The notes beneath the pieces are model-generated. The model did no database searches and was not told the DNA's origin. It saw only the letters and a list, made by a program, of their open reading frames with translations. From positions 5,284 to 69,283 of the forward strand of contig QKEH01000042.1 of the NCBI GenBank assembly GCA_003252385.1: a DNA stretch of 64,000 nt, written 5' to 3'. The position numbers and the translations under genes were made by a program. The stretch comes from Bacteroidota bacterium. Lineage in GTDB: Bacteria; Bacteroidota; Bacteroidia; Bacteroidales; UBA10428. This document shows positions 55,991-64,000 of the stretch, in pieces; positions within the stretch are counted from its first letter, which is position 1, and every line of letters starts with the position of its first letter.

Positions 55991-57832
55991 ATGGAGCAAT
56001 ATACCAACAGAAAATTTATCATTGGAGCAATCATACTGTTGGTCGGGTTTGTTTTTACCATACAACTTTTTCGGCTGCAGGTAATCAGTTCGACGTACAA
56101 ACTATCGGCCGAGAGTAACACCCGGCGGATGGAAATTGTCTATCCGGCACGTGGACTGCTCTACGACCGCAATGGAGTACTTATTGCCGACAACCTGCCC
56201 TCCTACGACCTGAAAATTGCACCCTACGAACTGGAAGCGTTTGATTCCCTCCAGCTTTGCAAAATTCTGGGGATCGATATGGAAACCCTGCGAAATGGGA
56301 TCCGACGTGTAAAACGTTCGGCAGCTGAGCGATTCAATCCCTTTATTAAACAATTATCTCCGGAAGTTTATGGAACCCTGAAGGAAAAACAGTGGATGTT
56401 TCCGGGTTTTTATTTCAGCACCCGTACCTTGCGTGAGTACCGGCGCGATTTTGCGGCTCATCTGCTGGGTTATGTGGGCGAGGTCGATTCAACGGTCATC
56501 AAAGCAGATGGTTATTACGAGTTGGGTGATTACTATGGGGTAAGCGGAGTGGAGTCGACCTATGAACAATACCTGCGGGGCGTGAAGGGGCGTAAATACA
56601 AACTGATTGATGTTCATGGACGGGAGCAGGGATCGTATAACGAGGGACGCTACGATACCGATGCAGAAGTCGGGCACGACCTCACCCTGACCATTGATGC
56701 GGAACTGCAAGCTTACGGGGAACTCTTAATGGACGGATACAAAGGGAGCATAGTGGCTATTCAACCCAAAACCGGGGAAATACTGACCTTTGTATCGGCA
56801 CCTGGCTATAAACCCTCGTTACTGGTAGGGCGCGATCGTGAGGCCAACTATCGGATGCTACGCAACGATACCGTGAACCCATTGTTCAATTATGCCATTC
56901 AGGCACAATATCCACCAGGTTCTACCTTTAAACCGGTTACCGGGATGATTGCTTTACAGGAAGGGGTAGCGACAGAACGTACCATCTACTATTGCAATCT
57001 GGGTTACCATGCCCGTGGGGTTTACCAGCGTTGTCATAGCCATCCTTCTCCCCTCGATTTTATCCATTCGCTGGAAACTTCCTGTAATGCGTATTTTTCG
57101 AACCTATTCCGCCTGACCATCGAAAACAGAAGATACCCTGATGTGGCCACCGCATATTCCCATTGGCGGCAATACATTCTTAACCTGGGATTTGCCGATC
57201 CTCTTGGTGTGGATCTGCCCTACGAAAAAGGGGGCTTTATTCCCAAACCGGATTATTTTGACCGCTACTTTGGTGCGGGTCGTTGGTACGGTCTCACCAT
57301 TTTGTCTATGGCTATTGGGCAGGGCGAAGTGCTTACCACGCCGATTCAAAACGCGAATATGGCCGCTGTGATAGCCAATAGAGGGTATTTTTATGTTCCG
57401 CACATTGTGAAAAAGATTGCCGGAGTGGATACCATTGACAGTAAATATACCACTCCGATGCTCTCGAATATTGATACAATATACTTTGCTCCCGTAATTG
57501 AAGGGATGCGACTGGCCGTTAACTCGCCGAGCGGAACGGCTTACTGGGTCCGACATCCGGAGGTTGTTATTTGTGGTAAAACGGGTACTGCCGAAAACCC
57601 ACATGGACCGGCACATTCGGTTTTTATTGCATTTGCCCCCAAGGACGATCCTCAGATTGCAATTTCGGTATATGTGGAACATGGGGTTTGGGGAGCACGC
57701 TATGCGGCTCCAATAGCCAGTTTGATGATCGAAAAATATTTGACCGGCACCATAGCTCCCGAAAGAAAAGGGATAGAGCAGCGTATGCTCGACGGTAACT
57801 TGCTCTATAAAGAACATGAGACGACAAATTGA
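55991..57832 (+). CDS. mrdA: Penicillin-binding protein 2 (elongasome transpeptidase)
   Basis: N-terminal TM, then a transpeptidase domain with STFKP (SxxK), SCN (SxN) and KTGTA (KTG). Confidence 0.92.
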   Translation: MEQYTNRKFIIGAIILLVGFVFTIQLFRLQVISSTYKLSAESNTRRMEIVYPARGLLYDRNGVLIADNLPSYDLKIAPYELEAFDSLQLCKILGIDMETLRNGIRRVKRSAAERFNPFIKQLSPEVYGTLKEKQWMFPGFYFSTRTLREYRRDFAAHLLGYVGEVDSTVIKADGYYELGDYYGVSGVESTYEQYLRGVKGRKYKLIDVHGREQGSYNEGRYDTDAEVGHDLTLTIDAELQAYGELLMDGYKGSIVAIQPKTGEILTFVSAPGYKPSLLVGRDREANYRMLRNDTVNPLFNYAIQAQYPPGSTFKPVTGMIALQEGVATERTIYYCNLGYHARGVYQRCHSHPSPLDFIHSLETSCNAYFSNLFRLTIENRRYPDVATAYSHWRQYILNLGFADPLGVDLPYEKGGFIPKPDYFDRYFGAGRWYGLTILSMAIGQGEVLTTPIQNANMAAVIANRGYFYVPHIVKKIAGVDTIDSKYTTPMLSNIDTIYFAPVIEGMRLAVNSPSGTAYWVRHPEVVICGKTGTAENPHGPAHSVFIAFAPKDDPQIAISVYVEHGVWGARYAAPIASLMIEKYLTGTIAPERKGIEQRMLDGNLLYKEHETTN

Positions 57833-59240
57833 TATACTATCCACTATCGACTGGTTGTCAGTCTTTCTGTATTTGTTGCTGATTATTTTTGGCTGGTTGA
57901 ATGTGTTTGCCGTAAACTACACCGCTGCCGATGGCTCCTTCTTCAGTCTCAGTCATCGTTATACCATGCAAATGGCCTGGATGATACTATCGATGGTCGT
58001 GATCCTGTTTATTTTTGCCATCGACAGTCGTTTCTTTTCTTTTATGGCCTACCCGGCATATGCGTTGTCGATGCTGATGTTGCTCTCGGTAGTGGTAATT
58101 GGTACTGCTGTACATGGTTCTAAATCGTGGATTGTGTTGGGGCCGGTCAGTTTGCAACCCTCCGAATTTGCCAAGCTGGCTACAATTTTAGCTTTGGCCC
58201 GCTACCTTTCGGGGTACAATATGAAAATAACCAGGCCACACGATGTGCTGATTGCAGTTGGGATTACTTTCTTCCCGGCGTTGCTCATCATGCTTCAACC
58301 CGATTTTGGATCGACGCTGGTTTATGTGGCACTCGTGCTGGTGTTATACCGCGAAGGGCTTCCAGGTATGATTTTAGTTTTTCTTTTGTCGGTGGCTGGG
58401 CTATTTCTGATTACCTTGCTGCTGTCTCCATTTGTGCTGCTTATTGTTCTTTCTTCGCTCGCTTTGCTGATTTATGTTATAGTAAATCGTAAGCCGCTGC
58501 ATTTTGTACTGGTCAGCTTGGCGGCAGCATGCCTGATTTTGATCGTTACTATGATAGCTCGTTATGGTATTATTCCGGGAAACAAGCTGGCCGTTGCATA
58601 CTATACACTTGGGGGGCTCGTAGTGGGCAGTTTGGTGTTGGGCATTCGAACCAAATCGAGGATTATAATAAGCACGGTATTGGTATTGGTGGTGGCGGTT
58701 GGATTTACCTATTCGGTCGATTATGTTTTTCATAATGTCATGAAGGAGCATCAGCAAAACCGGGTGAACGTAATGCTGGGATTGGAGTCCGATCCCTATG
58801 GCTACGAGTACAACGTGCGCCAGTCGAAAATTGCCATAGGCTCCGGTGGTTTTGTCGGCAAGGGTTTTATGCAGGGCACTCAAACGAAGTTCCGGTTTGT
58901 ACCGGAACAAAGTACCGACTTTATCTTCTGTACTGTGGGCGAGGAATGGGGTTTTCTTGGATCCTTCGGTCTGGTACTGCTGTACGTGGGTTTGTTGCTC
59001 CGGTTGATCGTTCTGGCCGAACGACAGCGGTCCAAATTCAGCCGTATTTACGGTTACGGCGTGGTGGCGGTGCTCTTCTTTCATTTTGCCGTAAACTTAG
59101 GGATGACCATTGGCCTGTTTCCGGTAATAGGTATTCCCTTACCCTTCCTAAGCTATGGAGGGTCATCCTTCCTTACATTCAGTGTCATGCTGTTTATTTT
59201 TATCCGGCTCGATGCCAGTCGGAAAACCTACCTCATTTAA
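57816..59240 (+). CDS. rodA: Rod shape-determining protein RodA (SEDS family)
   Basis: Polytopic. SLQPSEFAKL, QPDFGS, EQSTDFIF and PLPFLSYGGSS. Overlaps mrdA by 17 nt. Confidence 0.9.
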   Translation: MRRQIDILSTIDWLSVFLYLLLIIFGWLNVFAVNYTAADGSFFSLSHRYTMQMAWMILSMVVILFIFAIDSRFFSFMAYPAYALSMLMLLSVVVIGTAVHGSKSWIVLGPVSLQPSEFAKLATILALARYLSGYNMKITRPHDVLIAVGITFFPALLIMLQPDFGSTLVYVALVLVLYREGLPGMILVFLLSVAGLFLITLLLSPFVLLIVLSSLALLIYVIVNRKPLHFVLVSLAAACLILIVTMIARYGIIPGNKLAVAYYTLGGLVVGSLVLGIRTKSRIIISTVLVLVVAVGFTYSVDYVFHNVMKEHQQNRVNVMLGLESDPYGYEYNVRQSKIAIGSGGFVGKGFMQGTQTKFRFVPEQSTDFIFCTVGEEWGFLGSFGLVLLYVGLLLRLIVLAERQRSKFSRIYGYGVVAVLFFHFAVNLGMTIGLFPVIGIPLPFLSYGGSSFLTFSVMLFIFIRLDASRKTYLI

Positions 59241-59297
59241 TGCACGCCAGGCGGATTTCAAAGGGCTGTACAGGTAAAAAGCGGTAGTTTTTGCAGG

Positions 59298-60137
59298 TTA
59301 GAATTCCGAGGGTCGAATGCTAAAACGCAAGTACGCCCGATCGTCGTAAGAATGGTTGCCCTGCAGCCAGCCTTTGGTAGATTTGTACTCCCGAAAACAG
59401 TAGGGATCGGTGCTTAAAATGTATTGCAGGTATTCCTCCGATTCCTGCAGAGTATCCAACAGTTTGGGGTAACCGTCGCTGGCAAGGGTTACTTGATTGC
59501 CCCTCGCAGGAATTACTTGAACGTCGCCGGGGTTGGGGGTGAAACCATCCAGAACACTATAACGGTACGGCGAGTCCGTGTCGCAGTTTTGGAATTGGCT
59601 TTGTAAACGGAGAAAAGGCAGAATGGCCTCGCGTCCTGGATCGTTAGAGCATAGGTCTTCCAGATTGATTTCACCTGCCAGAAGTTTCGATTCCAGGATA
59701 AAGGCACGCATTTCAGCCAAAAGCCTGTCGGCCTTTTTGACCGGACTGTAGTTCTGTCCGTCGCAGCGACACTGGCAGTCGCCCACCAACCATATTTCCT
59801 GATGGTACTCGCTGTAAATGGCCGCCGAAGCTGCAATTCTTTTTTCGGGGTGTTGGGCCACTTCTTCATTCAGGTGGCTCTCCCGATAGAATTTCAGGAT
59901 AGCCTGGTTAATATGTTTTATCGCAGCATCGCAAGTACTTTTGGCAGGTAAAAGCTGAATAGTATGCTTGATAATTTCCACCGCCATCTCGCCCGGGGTT
60001 TTACCCAGTATTCTGTGATTCGTTTTACAGGTAACACCGTCCAGCACGGCAGCATACGCCTGGGTTACCACAATGTGGTCTTCGCCTGGCTGGTGGCTTT
60101 TGCTCTGGCAGTGCGTTTCAATAATTTGTATGGGCAT
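59298..60137 (-). CDS. PP2C-like (PPM-type) phosphatase-domain protein, divergent
   Basis: Acidic metal-ligand positions occur in PPM order: GEDHIVV, AAVLDGVT, TLASDGYPKL and HSYDDRAYL. It lacks the usual DGHGG glycines. Confidence 0.5.
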   Translation of the reverse strand: MPIQIIETHCQSKSHQPGEDHIVVTQAYAAVLDGVTCKTNHRILGKTPGEMAVEIIKHTIQLLPAKSTCDAAIKHINQAILKFYRESHLNEEVAQHPEKRIAASAAIYSEYHQEIWLVGDCQCRCDGQNYSPVKKADRLLAEMRAFILESKLLAGEINLEDLCSNDPGREAILPFLRLQSQFQNCDTDSPYRYSVLDGFTPNPGDVQVIPARGNQVTLASDGYPKLLDTLQESEEYLQYILSTDPYCFREYKSTKGWLQGNHSYDDRAYLRFSIRPSEF

Positions 60138-60240
60138 TGTGCTTCAGGTACGGTATATTGCTTAAGGGTATAAAGATAGTGTGGCCAGTTGATTTGCAGG
60201 AGTTCAACGTTGAAAACATACCCCGCTTTTTTCTGTCCGT

Positions 60241-60441
60241 TTAAGAAGCGAAATCGTATCGGGGATACAGGATATCATCGATGATATTTTTATGTACCGG
60301 GTAGAATTGTTCTCTTACCCATAGCCGCAGTTGCGTGAGTTCATGCGAATTCAGCCATGCGGCCGATTTGATCAATTCCTTTCTGAACAGGAAAGGATCG
60401 TTACTTACTCCTTGGAGTACTTTTTTTTGATGTTCCAGCAT
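60241..60441 (-). CDS. Small hypothetical protein (66 aa)
   Basis: ATG-initiated ORF lying between the htrA terminator and the PP2C-like gene on the same strand. No family recognised. Confidence 0.35.
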   Translation of the reverse strand: MLEHQKKVLQGVSNDPFLFRKELIKSAAWLNSHELTQLRLWVREQFYPVHKNIIDDILYPRYDFAS

Positions 60442-60450
60442 GTTTTTTTG

Positions 60451-60490
60451 GTTTTAAAACCTGTCCACAGAGGGAAACTCTGTGGACAGG
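60451..60490 (-). terminator. Rho-independent terminator after htrA
   Basis: cctgtccacag (60460-60470) pairs with ctgtggacagg (60480-60490), a perfect 11-bp stem. On the minus strand GTTTT follows. Confidence 0.6.
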
Positions 60491-60523
60491 AAGGGTGATC
60501 CTTTTATCGGGAATGGTTTCGTG

Positions 60524-62029
60524 CTATAATCCAAAGGCATAATAGTATTTGCCCGGGTAGTCTTCGTAAACGCCTTCCAGCAGCACACCACCTTCTTTAT
60601 TTTCGAGGTTTTTGATGAAGTCGTCCACGGTAGTCACCACTTTGCCATCGACCTTGGTAATGATAAATCCGGCACGGATTTCGGTATGGCGTTTTAGTTT
60701 GCCATTCTGTAAATTCGTTATGCGCAAACCACAGGCAATATCCAGTTTTTTAGCTGTAGCGCTATCTATTTCTTCCAATTCAACACCCAATACATTCAGG
60801 ATGTCTTTGGTATTTTGTTCGTACATTTTTTCTTTGCCATCGCGGTTGCGCAGAGTTACCTCGTAGTGGGCTTCTTTGCCTTTTCGGTCGATAGTAAGGT
60901 TCACTTTATCGCCCGGGTAATGGCGCCCTATAATTTCAAGCAGCTCCGATGAGGTTTTAACGTGAGTATTGTCTACAGCCAGAATAACGTCGCCAGCCTT
61001 AACTCCGGCATCGCCGGCAGCACTTTGGGCCGATATACTGTCTACGTAAACCCCTTCGGTTACGTCCAGGTTCTTTTCTTTGGCCAGGTTGCCGTCCACA
61101 TTGTGGATCATAATTCCCAGGTAGCCTCGTTGCACCATGCCGTACTTTTTCAGGTCGCCTACCACTTTGGATACAATATTGGCAGGCACCGCAAATCCGT
61201 AACCGGTATAGGCGCCTGTGGGGCTGGCAATGGCCGTGTTAATGCCTACGAGTCCGCCTTGCAAATCCACCAAAGCACCGCCACTGTTGCCTGGGTTTAT
61301 GGCTGCATCGGTTTGTATAAACGATTCGATAGCACTCCGGTCCTGCAGAATGTTGATATTTCGGCCTTTGGCACTAACTATCCCGGCAGTTACCGTTGAA
61401 GTAAGGTTAAACGGGTTTCCAACGGCAAGTACCCATTCCCCAACTTTTACTTCGTCGGAATTGACCAGCGGGATAAAAGGTAAATCGGTGGCTTTGATCT
61501 GCAGAAGAGCCAGGTCAGTAGAGGGGTCGGCGCCAATGACTTTAGCCTTGAAAACCCGGTTGTCTTCCAGGGTGATTTCAATATCATCGGCATGATCGAT
61601 TACATGGTTGTTGGTAACGATATACCCATCGGGGTTAATAATTACCCCCGAGCCGGTACCTACCTGCGCTTGAGGTTGTTGATTTTTAGGCTGGGGCGAC
61701 TGGTATCGGTAGTTAGGGCCAAAGAAGTGTCGGAACAGTTCGTCGTCGAAGAGTTCACCAAACGGGTCGGTAGAACTTTGAGCCGATTGCATTTGAGTCG
61801 ACTTTATGTGGACAACAGCCGGCCGCACCTTTTCGGCAACTCCGGTAAAATCAAGGGGAACCAGTTCGCCCGAATTATTAACGGTGTAAGCTGCTCCAAT
61901 CACGGGGGCTCCCGAGATATGTTCAATTTTAAAGGTTTTACTTTGTTTCTGCTCGATAAGTTGGAAGGTACCAACCGTTAGCGCGCTGCCCAGTATGGCG
62001 GCAATCAATACTAATCCAAAACGTTTCAT
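60524..62029 (-). CDS. htrA: Do-family serine endopeptidase (HtrA/DegP/DegQ) with two PDZ domains
   Basis: Catalytic triad contexts TNNHV, TDLALL and GNSGGAL. Two PDZ-like regions and a signal anchor. Confidence 0.92.
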   Translation of the reverse strand: MKRFGLVLIAAILGSALTVGTFQLIEQKQSKTFKIEHISGAPVIGAAYTVNNSGELVPLDFTGVAEKVRPAVVHIKSTQMQSAQSSTDPFGELFDDELFRHFFGPNYRYQSPQPKNQQPQAQVGTGSGVIINPDGYIVTNNHVIDHADDIEITLEDNRVFKAKVIGADPSTDLALLQIKATDLPFIPLVNSDEVKVGEWVLAVGNPFNLTSTVTAGIVSAKGRNINILQDRSAIESFIQTDAAINPGNSGGALVDLQGGLVGINTAIASPTGAYTGYGFAVPANIVSKVVGDLKKYGMVQRGYLGIMIHNVDGNLAKEKNLDVTEGVYVDSISAQSAAGDAGVKAGDVILAVDNTHVKTSSELLEIIGRHYPGDKVNLTIDRKGKEAHYEVTLRNRDGKEKMYEQNTKDILNVLGVELEEIDSATAKKLDIACGLRITNLQNGKLKRHTEIRAGFIITKVDGKVVTTVDDFIKNLENKEGGVLLEGVYEDYPGKYYYAFGL

Positions 62030-62228
62030 AATACTACTATTTATTGGTGTTTAAAATGGAAACTGTTCGTGGCGGAATTGGGCAGGAGCTTGTTGTAAGC
62101 CTGTCATGTTGGTCCATTAAGATTCCATACTTCGTGTTTTTTAGAATTCTTTCCGGTTGCTCAGCCGGTGGTTTGGGCAATCCTGTATTGCTCTAAAGCG
62201 TAATAAGGGGCAGGGAGCCCCTTATTGA

Positions 62229-62681
62229 TTATGAGATTTTTATTTCTCTGGGTGGCTTGGGTTTTACCTCATCACGCTTCGGTAAGGTAATGTGCAGAAT
62301 GCCATCCTGGTAGTGCGCTGCGATTCTCTCGGCGTCAATCGCATTTTCGGCCACGGTAAAGGCGCGTTGAAACGACTGGTAGCTAAATTCGCGGCGGGTA
62401 ACCTTTTCGCCTTCTTTTTCTTCTTTCTCGCTTTTGTGTTCCGAAGAAATGGTGAGGCGGCCGTTTTCGTAGTTCACCCTAAAATCGTCTTTCTTCAAAC
62501 CCGGGGCTGCCACATCAATAAGATACTCGTTGGTGTTTTCTTTTACATTCACAGCCGGAAGGGTAGTGTCGGTGCTGGAATAGTTGCTTCTGTTCCAATC
62601 CATCAGCTCGCCATCAAAAAACCGATCGAAGAATGAAGGCACAGATGGTAACCAGTTGTTCGATAATTTTGCAAGTGTCAT
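62229..62681 (-). CDS. Hsp20/alpha-crystallin family small heat-shock protein
   Basis: PAVNVKENTNEYLIDVAAPGLKKDDFRV...GILHITLPK (alpha-crystallin domain). Confidence 0.9.
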   Translation of the reverse strand: MTLAKLSNNWLPSVPSFFDRFFDGELMDWNRSNYSSTDTTLPAVNVKENTNEYLIDVAAPGLKKDDFRVNYENGRLTISSEHKSEKEEKEGEKVTRREFSYQSFQRAFTVAENAIDAERIAAHYQDGILHITLPKRDEVKPKPPREIKIS

Positions 62682-62989
62682 GGCTTAATCCTCCATAATT
62701 TTAGTTCGACATAGTATTTATTAACGACCAGCAATATTCAAATGAAATGCCAATGTAGCGCAAGTAAATGTTAAAAAAAGTTACATGGTTGAGTTAGAAT
62801 TAGTTTTGTAATAGTATGTATGACAGGTAGAAGAAAATAGAATGCCGCGTTTCTTAAAAAATCATAAATTTTAATATTGCCCAGTCATCCTGGCAGGTAA
62901 AATTGAAAATATGACAGATTGAAAAGTGAAATATTTCTGATTTTGTCAGAGTATTGTACTATCAGAAATTTGTAGTACTTTTCGGCCAC

Positions 62990-63061
62990 GCGGGAGTAGC
63001 TCAGGGGTAGAGCATCAGCTTCCCAAGCTGAGGGTCGCGGGTTCGAATCCCGTTTCCCGCT
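62990..63061 (+). tRNA. tRNA-Gly (anticodon CCC)
   Basis: The 72-nt sequence GCGGGAG TA GCTC AGGGGTA GAGC A TCAGC TTCCCAA GCTGA GGGTC GCGGG TTCGAAT CCCGT TTCCCGC T forms a cloverleaf with a TTCGAAT T-loop. No encoded CCA. Confidence 0.9.
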
Positions 63062-63076
63062 CAAAGCAAACGAAGT

Positions 63077-63107
63077 AAGCAAGTTCTGTAGGGGACTTGC
63101 TTTTTTT
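63077..63107 (+). terminator. Rho-independent terminator after tRNA-Gly
   Basis: aagcaagt (63077-63084) pairs with acttgctt (63095-63102), followed by a T7 run. Confidence 0.65.
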
Positions 63108-63497
63108 ATAGGGAGGGTTCCTCCATGCCCCCCCCCTCCCTGGCGCAAGCCCCTCAATTAGCCCATCAGCTTATTTTAGGCGATCTGCCGAAAAAAACTG
63201 TTCGTAATCCCGGTTGTGTTGTGTTTTGTAAGCCTGGGCATCGTTTACCGGACTGCGCAAGCGAAGATGCGCATAAGAAAAGGATCCGTATTGGCCGCTT
63301 GCGCCACGAGAGGGGATACCCACCCATCCTTGCCACGAAAAACCTTAACAAGTCTACCGCCCAAAATGCAATCCGTGCAGCTGATCCTCAAATCATCCGA
63401 TGTCGGGTTTTTCATGCCATGCCTGGCGCCTTGGCGGGTACTTTAACCTACATTTCCATCCGTTTAATTGGCAATTTGAAAAGTTGATTAAAAAATT

Positions 63498-63505
63498 TAT
63501 ATTTG
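63498..63505 (+). promoter_or_regulatory. Bacteroidota -7 promoter box abutting the 21-bp palindrome
   Basis: tatatttg (TAnnTTTG) ends 2 nt before the left arm of the inverted repeat. Confidence 0.4.
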
Positions 63506-63507
63506 GT

Positions 63508-63570
63508 TTAATTCAACTTTAACACATTTTAAAATTGTTGGGTTTTCCGAATGTGTTAAAGTTGAATTAA
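63508..63570. repeat. Perfect 21-bp inverted repeat with a 21-nt spacer
   Basis: ttaattcaactttaacacatt (63508-63528) is the exact reverse complement of aatgtgttaaagttgaattaa (63550-63570). Confidence 0.85.
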
Positions 63571-63695
63571 TCGTAAATATGGCTCAATGCTAACTTAATA
63601 AGCAATTTCTTAGAACCCCTATGTTTCAGAGCCCATCTGTTGGATATAGACGATAAAAAATACAATCACTAAATAACAGATATCAAAAGATCATT

Positions 63696-64000
63696 ATGAA
63701 GGAAAAAAGATTAATCGTAAGAATTAAAAAAAATCACTGTTACAATACGGAGGATATTTTTGGAAGTGATGAATTTTATTTGGTAGGAAACACCAGTATT
63801 ATTAATAGATATGGCACTGGTTCTCTTAAGAATACATCATTTGTTACGAGTACAAAATCTGAAAAGTCGCACAAAGACTACAAAGTAGGAACAGTTCATG
63901 GTGAAACATGGAAGGGAAAATATGAGAACAATAAAGAATATACCATCTATGATGAATATGTTATGCCAAACAAAGATGTTCATATTCAAATTTCAGCACA
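63696..64000 (+). CDS. AT-rich hypothetical protein, 5' part only (runs off the window)
   Basis: Not in the ORF track because it has no stop. ATG 63696 opens MKEKRLIVRIKKNHCYNTEDIFGSDEFYLVGNTSIINRYGTGSLKNTSFVTSTKSEKSHKDYKVGTVHGETWKGKYENNKEYTIYDEYVMPNKDVHIQISA, with no stop to nt 64000. About 30% GC. Confidence 0.5.
   Translation, partial: MKEKRLIVRIKKNHCYNTEDIFGSDEFYLVGNTSIINRYGTGSLKNTSFVTSTKSEKSHKDYKVGTVHGETWKGKYENNKEYTIYDEYVMPNKDVHIQISA

Noticed and set aside
53626-59240. Gene overlaps in the mreBCD-mrdA-rodA cluster (8 nt and 17 nt) considered as possible frameshift or fusion events.
   Set aside because: Both downstream genes have their own ATG and full-length products. Short overlaps are normal translational coupling in this operon.
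62682-62989. Possible CIRCE or another heat-shock operator upstream of hsp20, and a promoter for tRNA-Gly.
   Set aside because: There is no TTAGCACTC-N9-GAGTGCTAA-like element and only short imperfect palindromes. The region is AT-rich intergenic DNA and nothing in it could be supported.

Overview
The window reads as a chromosomal segment of a Bacteroidota genome. Supporting evidence: several T9SS C-terminal sorting domains, TAnnTTTG -7 promoter boxes in front of many genes, and the bamD-rpoZ-coaBC-DUF4835-recN gene order. GC is roughly 45-52% by eye. Most of it is housekeeping. This includes trxB, coaBC, recN, fabI, an MlaFED-type operon, ddl, ispE, dnaB, a DEAD-box helicase, rsmA, mgtE, purH, the complete mreB-mreC-mreD-mrdA-rodA block, htrA, hsp20, tRNA-Pro(GGG) and tRNA-Gly(CCC). 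Accessory patches are interspersed. (1) A divergent GT-C-like membrane protein with two GT2 glycosyltransferases. (2) An orphan LarA-like gene. (3) An ECF sigma with a PKD-containing putative anti-sigma that ends in a T9SS type-B-like domain. (4) A tightly linked acyltransferase-SDR pair. (5) A 1227-aa C25 (gingipain-like) T9SS cargo protein. (6) A small CAZyme patch of an unknown glycoside-hydrolase-like gene, a GH29 fucosidase and a Kelch protein, with a decayed AraC regulator and no SusC/SusD. (7) A DUF4914-like P-loop protein, a CBM9/DUF5916-like protein and an orphan DUF1987 (SiaC-like) protein. I found no CRISPR array, transposase, integrase, rRNA or recognisable defence genes. I did not find a complete multi-gene system that is clearly novel. 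The strongest leads are three. First, a sharp GC drop (about 29% by hand count) starts at about 63,481, downstream of tRNA-Gly; it carries a promoter box, a 21-bp perfect palindrome and an AT-rich ORF of no recognisable family that runs off the window. Second, the sigma/anti-sigma pair with a T9SS-type C-terminus. Third, the acyltransferase-SDR operon. All family calls come from motif recognition by eye; no database search was possible.
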